Positions 23,022 through 33,045 of a DNA stretch of 64,000 nucleotides are shown one piece after another. The position numbers and the translations under genes were made by a program. Under the pieces are notes generated by a model. It was given only the letters and a program-made list of their open reading frames with translations, had not been told where the DNA came from and made no database searches. Position 1 is the first letter of the stretch; each line of letters opens with the position of its first letter. This stretch comes from an uncultured bacterium (GTDB taxonomy: Bacteria; Oederibacteriota; Oederibacteriia; Oederibacteriales; Oederibacteriaceae), in the NCBI GenBank assembly GCA_965112635.1, contig OZ218778.1, positions 1,376,001-1,440,000 of the forward strand, written 5' to 3'.

Positions 23022-25343
23022 GTGATTTTAAAAACTTTAAAAATCTTCCTAAAAATATACCTGCTTATCGCTTTGCCCTTGTTTTTGGCCCCGGCCCTGC
23101 AGGCTGCCAAGCAGGCGCCAAGCTTGCCGGTCCTGACCAGGAACGCGGCAACGAGCAGCAATGTTCTGGTCAAAGAGGTAAAGGTCAAAGGCAATAAAAA
23201 TACGAACAAAGATATCATCCTGTCCATCATCCAAACCAGGCCTGAGGAACCCCTGAGCAACGCCTTGATCACCAAAGACGTTAAATCCGTCTATTCGTTG
23301 GGTTATTTTGACGATGTTTCCGTGGACAGGGAAGATGTGGCCGGTGGGTGCATTATTACTTTCATCGTGTCTGAAAAGCCCCAGATCAAAGAGATTAAAT
23401 TTGTGGGCAATCATGATTATCAGGAAAAAGACCTTTCGGAAGCCATCCGGATGGCAGTCGGGCAGGCTTATGACGAAAAGGTTTTAAGCGACACGGTTGT
23501 CACTTTGAAGCAATTTTATATAGATAAAAGTTACAACAATATAGCAGTTAAGGCCGACCACAAGCTGTCTCCTGACGAAGGCAAGGTGTCCGTCACGTTC
23601 ACCATTTCTGAGGGGGAACGCATCCATATCAAAAAGATAGCCTTTAAGGGCAATAAGATTTTCAGCGAAGGACAGCTCAAAGGGCAGATGGAGACCCAGG
23701 AGGCTGGATGGCTGGGAGGCGGGGTTTACAAAGAGGATGTTTTTAAAGAGGACCTGGATAAGATCACGGAATTCTACCATACCGAGGGATATGTCAAGGC
23801 CAAGGTGGTTTCCCACGATGTATCCATGGAGCCGGACGGTAAAAGCATGGATATCACCATCACGGTGGAGGAAGGCCAGCAGTTCAAGATGGGCAAGATC
23901 ACGGTTTCCGACAACCTGGTGTTTACCAGTTCCGACATCATGGACCGTGTTTCTTTCAAAGAGGGCGATGTTTTCAATACGAAAAAATTCTCGGAAGACC
24001 TGCGCAACGTCCAGGAGCTATATGGTGAAAAAGGGTACATCTATACGTCCGTCAACCCCCTGACAGAATTTCATTACGATACAAACAAGGTGGACGTCAA
24101 TCTGCAGGTCGTCGAAGGCCCGTTGGCCTATATCGAGGACATCAGGATCGAGGGGAACACCCGCACCAAGGATAAGGTCATCCGTCGTGAACTTTTGGTC
24201 CAACCGGGCGATATTTTCGACAGTATCAAGGTGCAGCGGAGCCGCGAAAAGGTATATAACCTCGGGTTTTTTGACGAAGTGAACGTCGACACGGAACCGG
24301 GGAGTGAACGGGGCAAAGAGACCCTGGTCCTCTCGGTCAAAGAAAGATTGACGGGGACCCTGAGCCTGGGGGCCGGGTTCAGTTCAGTGGACGGGTTGCT
24401 GGGCTTTTTGGAGATTTCCGAGAACAATCTTTTTGGCAACGCCCAGCGCATCAGTCTGAGCACTCAGTTCGGCCAGCGAGCCCTCAATTACAATATTGGT
24501 TTTGTGGAACCCTGGCTTTTTGACACTCCCACCTCCCTGGGGCTGGACATTTACGATACCCAAAGGACGGACCTCAATTCCTACTACACTGAAACCCATA
24601 TCGGGGGCGATATCAGGCTGTCGCGAAGGTGGAGCGACTATTACAGCAGCGGTATCACCTATCGTTTTGAACAGATCAATATCTCCGATGTTTCGTCCTT
24701 GGCCACGAATATCATAGCCGGGACCAACACTGTCAGCAGCATCACTTTGACCCAGACCTACGATTCCAGGGACAATGTTTTTGATGCCAACCGCGGAATC
24801 TACACTTCTTTGTCCAATGAGTTGGCCGGAGGATGGCTGGGTGGTGACACCAGTTTTACCAAGCATGTTTTCGACTTCAGCAGATATTATCCGACCATAT
24901 GGAATGAGGCTTTGGGTCTGCATTTGAGGTTAGGATATGCCTCGGGTTTTGGCGATACCCCTGAAATCCCCATTTATGAGGCGTTTTTCATGGGAGGTAC
25001 GGATACGGTCCGGGGTTATAATGAGAGAGATATCGGGCCCAAAAACCCTTACGGGGTGCCTTTGGGTGGCTCGGTCATGGCCTTGCTCAACGCGGAGTAT
25101 AAATTCCCCATCGTTCCGAATATCCTGAAATGGATATTTTTCTACGACTCAGGGGATACATGGACGGATGTGTCGAGCGCTTTAAGTGAAAGCCTGCCGT
25201 ATCCCGACAGCCTTGGGACCGGTTTCCGGGTTTCCATCCCGGGCATGGTGATCGTGATCAGACTGGATTACGGCTGGGCCCTCAGGGCGCCGATGGCCGT
25301 TCCAGGCGGGAAGTTCCATTTCAATATCGGAAGCATGTTCTAA
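23022..25343 (+). CDS. bamA: Outer membrane protein assembly factor BamA
   Basis: POTRA repeats (GNTRTKDKVIRRE), VRGY motif, terminal FNIGSMF; GTG start after GGAG. Confidence 0.95.
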   Translation: MILKTLKIFLKIYLLIALPLFLAPALQAAKQAPSLPVLTRNAATSSNVLVKEVKVKGNKNTNKDIILSIIQTRPEEPLSNALITKDVKSVYSLGYFDDVSVDREDVAGGCIITFIVSEKPQIKEIKFVGNHDYQEKDLSEAIRMAVGQAYDEKVLSDTVVTLKQFYIDKSYNNIAVKADHKLSPDEGKVSVTFTISEGERIHIKKIAFKGNKIFSEGQLKGQMETQEAGWLGGGVYKEDVFKEDLDKITEFYHTEGYVKAKVVSHDVSMEPDGKSMDITITVEEGQQFKMGKITVSDNLVFTSSDIMDRVSFKEGDVFNTKKFSEDLRNVQELYGEKGYIYTSVNPLTEFHYDTNKVDVNLQVVEGPLAYIEDIRIEGNTRTKDKVIRRELLVQPGDIFDSIKVQRSREKVYNLGFFDEVNVDTEPGSERGKETLVLSVKERLTGTLSLGAGFSSVDGLLGFLEISENNLFGNAQRISLSTQFGQRALNYNIGFVEPWLFDTPTSLGLDIYDTQRTDLNSYYTETHIGGDIRLSRRWSDYYSSGITYRFEQINISDVSSLATNIIAGTNTVSSITLTQTYDSRDNVFDANRGIYTSLSNELAGGWLGGDTSFTKHVFDFSRYYPTIWNEALGLHLRLGYASGFGDTPEIPIYEAFFMGGTDTVRGYNERDIGPKNPYGVPLGGSVMALLNAEYKFPIVPNILKWIFFYDSGDTWTDVSSALSESLPYPDSLGTGFRVSIPGMVIVIRLDYGWALRAPMAVPGGKFHFNIGSMF

Positions 25344-25372
25344 TCCTAAAAACAAGATCAAGAGGAGGTTTT

Positions 25373-25903
25373 ATGAAAAACATTCTGAGAATCGGGGCAG
25401 CGGTTTTGGCGCTTTTGTGGCTGGCGGTGCCGGCTCTCCACGCCAGGGCCAAGTCCACAGTTTTTAAGGTCGGATTTGTGGACGGCAAGAAGGTGATCTC
25501 CCAGTATTCTGGGAGCAAGGACGCCCAGAAGGCCATGGCCGAAGCGGAGAGCAAGGGTGTGGCTGAATTGAAAGAAAAAGACGCCGACTTAGAGAAGCTC
25601 AAAGAAGAGTTCAAAAAGAAAAAGCTCATGATGAGCGATGAACAGAAAAAGAAAGCCATGGACGAGATCGAAACCAAGACCCTCGAGCTGGAGCAGGCAA
25701 AGCAGAGCATCCAGCAACAGCTGGCGAACAAAGAAAACATCCTTTTGGAAAATCTGGTCAGCAAGATCAATGCCGCGGCCAGCGTCGTGGCTGACGCCAA
25801 AGGGTACGATCTGATCCTGGACAAGAGCGCCGCTTATTACGGGGCGGACGACCTCACGGACGACGTGATCAAGGCGCTGGAAAACCAGAGCACCTCCAAG
25901 TAA
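25373..25903 (+). CDS. skp: OmpH/Skp periplasmic chaperone
   Basis: Signal peptide, KVGFVD, coiled coil, GYDLILD...DLTDDVIK; located between bamA and lpxD. Confidence 0.9.
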   Translation: MKNILRIGAAVLALLWLAVPALHARAKSTVFKVGFVDGKKVISQYSGSKDAQKAMAEAESKGVAELKEKDADLEKLKEEFKKKKLMMSDEQKKKAMDEIETKTLELEQAKQSIQQQLANKENILLENLVSKINAAASVVADAKGYDLILDKSAAYYGADDLTDDVIKALENQSTSK

Positions 25904-25941
25904 CAGCTCAATAAAAGCGGTGATTCCATAAGAGGCTCGCC

Positions 25942-26985
25942 ATGGGAATGACATTAGGGGAATTGGCCCGTATCGGGGACGGCACTTTGGTCGGAAACGC
26001 CAGCCTTGTGATCAAGGGCGCAGCAGCTCTCCAGGAAGCGGGCCCGACGGACATTTCGTTCCTGGCCAAGGAACAGATGAAAGACCACCTGGAAAAAACA
26101 AAGGCCGGGGCTGTCGTGGTCCCCAAGACCATTTCGTCCGGCCCCTGCGCCCTGATCCAGTGCGACAACCCACCCCTGGCATTTGCCATGATTGTGAACT
26201 CCCTTATGCCCGATTCTGTCCCGGTGCCGGGCATCCACCCGACTGCAGTTATCGAAAAAGGCGCTGTTTTGGGAAAGAACATTACGGTTTCGGCCTTTTG
26301 CTATGTCGGCAGCCGGACCATCCTGCACAACGGAGTCGTGCTTTATCCCAACGTCTATATTGGGGAAGATTGCGAAGTGGGAGAAAAGACGGTCGTCTAC
26401 CCGCAGACGGTCGTTCTGAACAGGATCAAGATAGGACAACGAGTGATCCTGCATCCGGGGGTGATTTTGGGATGCGACGGATTTGGTTTTACCAGCGACG
26501 GCAAAGTTCCCTATAAAGTACCTCAGGTGGGTACCGTGGTCATTGAAGATGAGGTTGAAATTGGGGCCCATTCCACGGTGGACCGGGCCGCTTTGGGGGT
26601 CACTCTGATCAAAAAGGGCAGCAAGCTCGACGACCAGGTGCACATCGGCCACAACACCCAGCTTGGCCAGAGCTGCCTCATAGCCGGGCAGACCGGAGTT
26701 TCCGGCAGCGTTACGGTCGGGGACGGCGTGATCATGGGCGGACAGGTCGGCATCGCGGACCATGTCAAGATAGGCTCGGGGGCGATGATCGGGGCCCAGT
26801 CCGGGGTGATGAAGGATGTCGAGCCAGGCGCCGCGGTTTCGGGCTATCCCGCCAGGCCGCACCACGACACTATGAAGAACTGGGTGCTCCAGGAAAAATT
26901 GCCGGAGATGAGAAAAGAGATCAAGGCGCTTCAAAACAAGATCAAGGAATTGGAAGAGCGCCTGGGTAAAAAAGGCAACCCCTAA
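25942..26985 (+). CDS. lpxD: UDP-3-O-acylglucosamine N-acyltransferase
   Basis: Hexapeptide repeats, GCDGFGF, VPQVGTV, VHIGHN. Confidence 0.95.
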   Translation: MGMTLGELARIGDGTLVGNASLVIKGAAALQEAGPTDISFLAKEQMKDHLEKTKAGAVVVPKTISSGPCALIQCDNPPLAFAMIVNSLMPDSVPVPGIHPTAVIEKGAVLGKNITVSAFCYVGSRTILHNGVVLYPNVYIGEDCEVGEKTVVYPQTVVLNRIKIGQRVILHPGVILGCDGFGFTSDGKVPYKVPQVGTVVIEDEVEIGAHSTVDRAALGVTLIKKGSKLDDQVHIGHNTQLGQSCLIAGQTGVSGSVTVGDGVIMGGQVGIADHVKIGSGAMIGAQSGVMKDVEPGAAVSGYPARPHHDTMKNWVLQEKLPEMRKEIKALQNKIKELEERLGKKGNP

Positions 26986-27030
26986 AAGACCCGCGTTAGC
27001 CCCTGCCTTTGGTTCATCCAGGGAATATCA

Positions 27031-27882
27031 TTGAACGAGGAAGCCGTGGATAATAATTACCAACGGACATTAGCCGGGGAAGCCGCCTGTTCAGGGGTCG
27101 GCATTCACTTGGGGAAAAAGGCCACAGTCAAGATAAAACCAGCACCGGCCGACCAGGGCATTTGGTTCGCCCGGGTGGACCTGGGCCCGAAAGCCCTCAT
27201 CCCGGCGAGGTCCGGTTCCGTGTTCTCCACGGCCCGAGGCACCCATTTGGCCAAAGGCAAGGCCAGCGTCCACACGGTAGAACATCTGCTGGCCAGTCTG
27301 TCCGGCCTGGGGGTGGATAATGCCCTAGTCGAGATCAGCGGCCCGGAGGTGCCTGTTTTGGATGGCAGCGCCGAGCCATGGTGCCGGTTGATCCAAAAAG
27401 CCGGATTAAAAGTACTGCCAGGTCATCTTCGGAGAACCCTGGTCCTGAAGCGCTCTGTTCTTTTGACGAGAGGGGAAGGGAGCCTGCTGGCCATGCCCTG
27501 TAACCGGTTAATCCTGTCCACGGTCATCGGGTATAAACACCCTTACCTTTTGCAGCAAACGGTGTCGGTCGAGGTCAGCCCTTCAAATTTCCCGCACCAA
27601 CTGGCCAGGGCCAGGACCTTTGGTTTTGCCGAAGAGGTGGAGGTGTTGCGCAAAAGGGGCCTGGGCCTGGGAGGCAGTTACAAAAACGCTCTGGTGATCG
27701 GCCCCAAAGGGATTTTGCATAACACCCTGCGTTATCCGGATGAATTCGCCCGGCACAAAGCCCTTGACTTACTGGGCGATCTGGCGCTGTTGGGAAGGCC
27801 TTTGCAGGCCCACGTGATCGCCGTCAAATCCGGCCATACCAGCCATGTGGCGCTTGTTAAAAAGCTAGAAAAGCTATTTTGA
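27031..27882 (+). CDS. lpxC: UDP-3-O-acyl-GlcNAc deacetylase
   Basis: GVGIHLG, TVEHLLA, PVLDGSA, ARARTFGF, HKALDLLGD. Confidence 0.95.
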   Translation: MNEEAVDNNYQRTLAGEAACSGVGIHLGKKATVKIKPAPADQGIWFARVDLGPKALIPARSGSVFSTARGTHLAKGKASVHTVEHLLASLSGLGVDNALVEISGPEVPVLDGSAEPWCRLIQKAGLKVLPGHLRRTLVLKRSVLLTRGEGSLLAMPCNRLILSTVIGYKHPYLLQQTVSVEVSPSNFPHQLARARTFGFAEEVEVLRKRGLGLGGSYKNALVIGPKGILHNTLRYPDEFARHKALDLLGDLALLGRPLQAHVIAVKSGHTSHVALVKKLEKLF

Positions 27883-27933
27883 TTTTTGGGCCAACAATGT
27901 TAAATTAATTGATATTCTTTTTTTGGGGGGACC

Positions 27934-28377
27934 ATGGACAAACCGCTATTGGACGTCAACCAGATCATGGAATTGCTGCCGCATCGTTTCCCGATGCTGC
28001 TAGTCGATAAGATCGTCAAAATGGAACCGGGAAAGAGCGTGACCGGCATCAAATGCGTGACCTACAATGAGCATTTTTTCCAGGGGCATTTTCCCGGACG
28101 GCCCGTGATGCCGGGCGTGCTGATCCTTGAAGCCATGGCCCAGACCGGCGGCATCCTGCTGTTGAGCACTTTCCCGCAAGCCAAGGGAAAGCTGATCTTT
28201 TTTATGGGCATTGACGCGGCCAAGTTCCGCAGGCCGGTTGTTCCAGGAGATGAATTGAGGATGGAACTGACCGTCCTCCGCTTGAAGGAAAAGGTTTCCA
28301 AGATGGCCGGCAAGGCCTATGTCGGCGAAGAACTGGCCGCAGAAGGCGAGTTCACCTGCATGGTCGTGGATAGTTGA
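27934..28377 (+). CDS. fabZ: 3-hydroxyacyl-ACP dehydratase
   Basis: LPHRFPMLLVD, FQGHFPGRPVMPGVLILEAMAQ. Confidence 0.96.
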   Translation: MDKPLLDVNQIMELLPHRFPMLLVDKIVKMEPGKSVTGIKCVTYNEHFFQGHFPGRPVMPGVLILEAMAQTGGILLLSTFPQAKGKLIFFMGIDAAKFRRPVVPGDELRMELTVLRLKEKVSKMAGKAYVGEELAAEGEFTCMVVDS

Positions 28378-28400
28378 TAATTTTGAAAGTGTAGGAAATA

Positions 28401-29183
28401 ATGACTTCTTTGATCCATCCAACGGCGATCATCCATGAAAAAGCAAAGATAAGCGAGGGGACCCAGGTGGGACCCTTTGCCGTGATCGGTGAACATGTCA
28501 CGGTAGGGTCCCAATGCGTGGTGGGGCCCCATGTCGTCCTGGATGGTTGGACCACTGTAGGCGACAACACAGAGCTCGGCGTGGGAGCCGCGATCGGTGG
28601 CAAGCCCCAGGATTACCACTACCTGGGCGAGGAGACCCGCGTCGAGATCGGCAGCCATTGCGTCATTCGAGAGTACGCCACGGTGCACCGCGGGACCGTC
28701 AAGGGTGGCGGGGTGACCCGCATCAGCGACAAATGTTATATCATGGCCTATGGCCATGTGGCCCATGACTGCCAGCTCGCCGAAGGGGTGCTTATCGCCA
28801 ACGGTGTGGCCATGGCCGGGCATGTGACCCTCGAAAAGTACGCCAATATCTCGGGTCTGGTGGTGATCCACCAGTTCGCCCGGATCGGGGAATACTCCAT
28901 GGTCGGCGGAGGCGGTAGGGTCAGTAAGGATATTGTGCCCTACGCTATGGCGGTGGGCAGCGATAATATGCACATCGTCAATGTCAATCTGGTGGGGCTG
29001 CAAAGGCACGGGTTTACCAAAGATAAGATCAACGCTTTAAAACAGGCGTTTAAACTGCTCTTCCATTCAGAATTGAACGTGACCCAGGCCCTGGAAAAGA
29101 TCAAAAAAGAATTAACCATGACCCCGGAGATAGCGCATTTGTGCGAGTTTATTGATAATTCCACGAGGGGCATCATCGTTTAG
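28401..29183 (+). CDS. lpxA: Acyl-ACP--UDP-GlcNAc O-acyltransferase
   Basis: IHPTAII, PQD, IREYATVHRGT, HVAHDC, HQFARIG, RGII. Confidence 0.96.
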   Translation: MTSLIHPTAIIHEKAKISEGTQVGPFAVIGEHVTVGSQCVVGPHVVLDGWTTVGDNTELGVGAAIGGKPQDYHYLGEETRVEIGSHCVIREYATVHRGTVKGGGVTRISDKCYIMAYGHVAHDCQLAEGVLIANGVAMAGHVTLEKYANISGLVVIHQFARIGEYSMVGGGGRVSKDIVPYAMAVGSDNMHIVNVNLVGLQRHGFTKDKINALKQAFKLLFHSELNVTQALEKIKKELTMTPEIAHLCEFIDNSTRGIIV

Positions 29184-29260
29184 GGTGGTCGATGGAAGGT
29201 AGAACAGAAAGTTCTACATAAATTCCCTGGCAAGGATAAGCATTATTAAATAAGGTCTGG

Positions 29261-29298
29261 TGGCGGCGTAGCCAAGCGGTAAGGCAGAGGTCTGCAAA
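29261..29298 (+). repeat. att direct repeat: displaced 5' half of tRNA-Cys
   Basis: tggcggcgtagccaagcggtaaggcagaggtctgcaaa is identical to 51046-51083 and ends at the last base of the anticodon loop. Confidence 0.95.
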
Positions 29299-29661
29299 TT
29301 CTTAAAGCCATTTTTTGATAGTCTCAGGAGATTAAGCCTTTTTGTTTTCCTGTCTAATCTTTATGCGATTTTTCTCGTACACCAAGAGACACCAAAAAAC
29401 ACCTACCGGTGCCAGGAGATGGCAATTTTTGGACACTGAAATTTCATTTCCTTAACTAATAAGATTTATCCGTCAAATGTAGAAGACCTAGATAAGACCA
29501 TTCATTTTATCCCTGTAAAATAAGAAAAAAGGTACCTGTTTTTCAGGGTCTGCTAATTGAGAATTAACTTGCTATAAGGATAATACGGGAATAAACTTCC
29601 TTTATCTTTTAAAAGAGACAAAATGGCAGTTTCAAAACTAAAAGAGATCGGGTTTTAGCCG

Positions 29662-31331
29662 ATGCGGAAAATGGAAAAAGTCTTTTCTGGAAAATATCTT
29701 TCCCCAAAAAATCCCACCAACAAACAACTTTTCTTTTTTGGTTTTGTAATTTTTTTTCTTTTGCAATTTACCATCCTTAATATCTTCGCCGATATAGCCA
29801 CTCCCACACCTATCTATATCACTGCAACAGCAACAATAGCACCGACAAATAGCAATACGTTCACAGTTTCCTATACCTTTACAAATACGCCCACGCTGTC
29901 TGTCACGTTTGCGCCTCTGCCTATAAAAATTTCTATAAAAGGGGAAACTTCGGAAATCACGGGGACAACCAACGGTTCAATTGTTAATCCCTCGGTAGGA
30001 CCAGTTGGAACGCTTGTTGTGAATGGCACAGGTTCGGTTAATTTCGCTCCAGCCCAGGTAGGAGATGGAGTTTACTTTACTCAGGGTGGCCAGCAAAACA
30101 GTAATACCGCTTATTATAAATGGACCGGGGCCCAAATTGGAGATATCTTTAATTTTAATATGGACCCGGGGGAAATAAATTTTTATTTAAAATCCAATTA
30201 CAGTTTTGCCCAAAGGCAGGCGCTGCCTAGACATAATAGAAGAACCGTTTTTACGGTCAAAGATGATAGTCAGATTTTATTTACTTTCAATACTGAAGCG
30301 GATCCAGAAGTTGGGAGATTGGTTTTAACTTACCAAACTGGGGGGACAAGTCAGCAAACTTATTATATTCCTGCAGGGCAAGAAGACGCATTGTTTGGAC
30401 AGGGAGTAATTTTAAAAGTAACTTTGGATTGGAATGGGTCTAACAATAATTTATATTTAAATGATAATTTAGTCAGCTCCCAGTCCTATTCCATTGCGAC
30501 GAGTAACTGGACTGCGAACTCAATGTTTTGTTTTGGCGCTGATATTGACCCAAATTATGGCCCGGGTTGGTCCTCTTGTGATGATATAGTGGATGAGTTT
30601 AATTTAGCTATATTTAAAACACCAAAATATTTTATGGATCATGTAGCAGTCGAGTTTCAAAGTTCAGCAACCGAAGCGCAAATGGCTCAAGTTGCCGCCG
30701 CTCATCAATGTGAACTTGAACCAGTCCCGGACTCAGTTGTTCAATATAACATCAGAAGACTCAAGCTATTATCTCCCCAAGATATTCATACTCTGGTTGA
30801 TCAGCTAAAAACAGACCCCTTGGTTCTATATTCAAGTCTTGATTATATGGTTGAGTCTTATTTAACACCTGATGACCCATGCTTCAATTCACAGTGGGGC
30901 TTAAATAAAATTAAAGCACCAAATTCTGGCTGCGGCTGGGAAATTTTAGGGACCGGAGATTCAAATGTAACTATAGCAATTGTAGATACTGGTGTTGATC
31001 CCAACCACCTTGATCTAACGCCTAATCTAATCATGCTTCCTGGAGCAAATTTTGTACCATCCGCTCTTAAAACACCTCCGTATACCACTAGTTTTGCAGT
31101 TGATGATAATGGTCATGGTACGCATGTTGCCGGAATTGCTGCAGGGGTGGGAAATAATCATAATGGAATTGCTGGGACTGCATGGAATTGCAAGATATTA
31201 CCAGTAAAAGTGCTTCCAGCAAGTGGTGGATACCCTATTGGTTATCAATCTGTAAGCCATACATTAGTTTGTCAAGCAATAAAATTTGCGGCTGATCAAG
31301 GGGCAAAAGTTATCAATTGCAGCTTGGGATG
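29662..31331 (+). pseudogene. S8 (subtilisin-like) peptidase with N-terminal beta-sandwich domain, 3'-truncated by IS
   Basis: IAIVDTG (Asp), GHGTHVAGI (His), VINCSLG, then reads into the IS end and stops at 31362; no catalytic-Ser GTS motif. Confidence 0.85.
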
Positions 31332-31358
31332 TGTAGTGCCCACGATATTTCTTCCGGC

Positions 31359-32522
31359 TTAGCCAGCTAGGGAAGTCGACCGCAGAGGGGTTTGTAACCC
31401 ATATGCTACGACTTGCCGGACAGCAGTAACGCCATCCTTGAAAACAACTAGAGCCTTTCTGACGCCGTTTGACGCCTCCAATGTATCCCTTTGCATCTCA
31501 GAATGCAAGACGCTCATCTTTGGTCTGATGACTTGTGCCAGGCCGTACGCCTCAAGTAGGTCGTAGACGGCGATGCGCCAGGCATAATGCAACTGCCTTT
31601 TAGTCATACCGGGACGCTCAACATCACGCATGGCAGCCTTAGCGCGTGCGTAGAACTCATCCCTTGTGACGCGTTCTTGCCAGTGAGGCATCGTGCGGTG
31701 GAGACATGAGGCGGTTTGATATCCCTTAGATGCGCGCAAGCGACCATCGTCCAGCGTGTGGATGGCCTGGAACAGCCTGGTTTGCGCTTCCAAGAGATTC
31801 GTGAATATCACCCCCTTTCCGAGTTGGGATTCGGCTTTGAGTTCGCCGAAATATCTTTCAACAGCGCCGTTGTCCTGGGCGCAGTAAGGCCGGGACGGCA
31901 GGGCAATGACCTTATGCCTGGCCAAGTAGGACAGGACAGCATCACTGCGATACGCTGAGCCGTTGTCAGTCATCCAAACCAGAGGCAGGCCGTTCGTCTG
32001 CCTGATCAGCTCAAGGAGCTCGATGATATCCTGAGCAGAGCCTGAGTCATGCAGGGACAACCCTACGGTCTTGAGCGAGCCCCGGTCTTTGACGAGCTCA
32101 GTATCCACCGGCGCTTGGCCCATCCTGCCCAGATGGGTGCGGTCCTGGGCGTAGACGGCGCCTTTAACTTGAACCCGTAAGCCGAGATGATGGTCCCGGC
32201 GGTGCTTTTCCAGCCTGTAGCGGTGCCTTTTCTTGATGGCCGAAAGAGTATGCTGGACTAGCCGGGTCGGGAGCCAGGGGAGGTTTCTGCGGATGCTATC
32301 GCATCCTGCGTTCCACCCCTGGCGTTTGACCTCCCGCCTGACCTCCAAAAGGGCCTTTAACTTCAGGGCCGGGGAGTGGCCTTTTCGACCAGGGTTTTGT
32401 GGTTCCTGGACAAGCCAACTCCTCACGGTCCTGTCGCTGACATGGAAAAAATCAGCTGCCACGCGTTTTGCCTCCCTCGGGGTTGGATGGCTCTGGAGCC
32501 ATTGTTTTAGGCTTAGGCGCAT
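31359..32522 (-). CDS. IS ORF3: second DDE/rve integrase-fold protein
   Basis: N-terminal HTH (VSDRTVRSW), YAQD, WMTDNGSAY, QDNGAVER; stop codon abuts the terminal repeat. Confidence 0.85.
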   Translation of the reverse strand: MRLSLKQWLQSHPTPREAKRVAADFFHVSDRTVRSWLVQEPQNPGRKGHSPALKLKALLEVRREVKRQGWNAGCDSIRRNLPWLPTRLVQHTLSAIKKRHRYRLEKHRRDHHLGLRVQVKGAVYAQDRTHLGRMGQAPVDTELVKDRGSLKTVGLSLHDSGSAQDIIELLELIRQTNGLPLVWMTDNGSAYRSDAVLSYLARHKVIALPSRPYCAQDNGAVERYFGELKAESQLGKGVIFTNLLEAQTRLFQAIHTLDDGRLRASKGYQTASCLHRTMPHWQERVTRDEFYARAKAAMRDVERPGMTKRQLHYAWRIAVYDLLEAYGLAQVIRPKMSVLHSEMQRDTLEASNGVRKALVVFKDGVTAVRQVVAYGLQTPLRSTSLAG

Positions 32523-33045
32523 TTCTTTGGTGAGTCTTTTTTTTTCCCTTGGCCTTGCCTGGTTTAGAGTCCTCCCGGTAGGCTGGGAAGGATTTCAGGA
32601 GGTCAATGAGCTCCTGCTGGATTTTCAACTGGACCTCCATTTCCCGCAGTTTCTTCTCCATGGCCTTGGCTGAGTTGCAGGCCATCAGGGCTGTGGCTCC
32701 CTTGCGAGTCCTGGGCTGGGTCAACAGACCCGAGAGCATCCCTGAAACAGCCTGCTGGGACAGCTGCCATATCCGCAGGGGGGATATTTCCAGCTGTTGG
32801 GCTGCTTCCTCCCGGGAAATCTGGCCCAGCCACACTTGCAGGAGGGCCACTCCTGTCCGGTGCGCCAGCTGTTTCTCCTCTTCGGTCGCCGCATTCCACA
32901 GGGCTTTGACTGGAAAGGGAAATTTCGCTGGGATCTTGAACTGGGGGCGTTTCTTGCGGACCTTGTGCGGGGGCTTGAGGCTGTCCGTTACCGTCTGGGG
33001 CTGCAGGTCTTTCTGCGGTTTCTCTGGTGTTGGTTTCTCGTCCAT
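32452..33045 (-). CDS. IS ORF2: HTH plus coiled-coil protein
   Basis: AAGGAGG RBS before ATG 33045; ISREEAAQQLEISPLRIWQL HTH-like segment followed by a coiled coil. Confidence 0.75.
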   Translation of the reverse strand: MDEKPTPEKPQKDLQPQTVTDSLKPPHKVRKKRPQFKIPAKFPFPVKALWNAATEEEKQLAHRTGVALLQVWLGQISREEAAQQLEISPLRIWQLSQQAVSGMLSGLLTQPRTRKGATALMACNSAKAMEKKLREMEVQLKIQQELIDLLKSFPAYREDSKPGKAKGKKKTHQRNAPKPKTMAPEPSNPEGGKTRGS

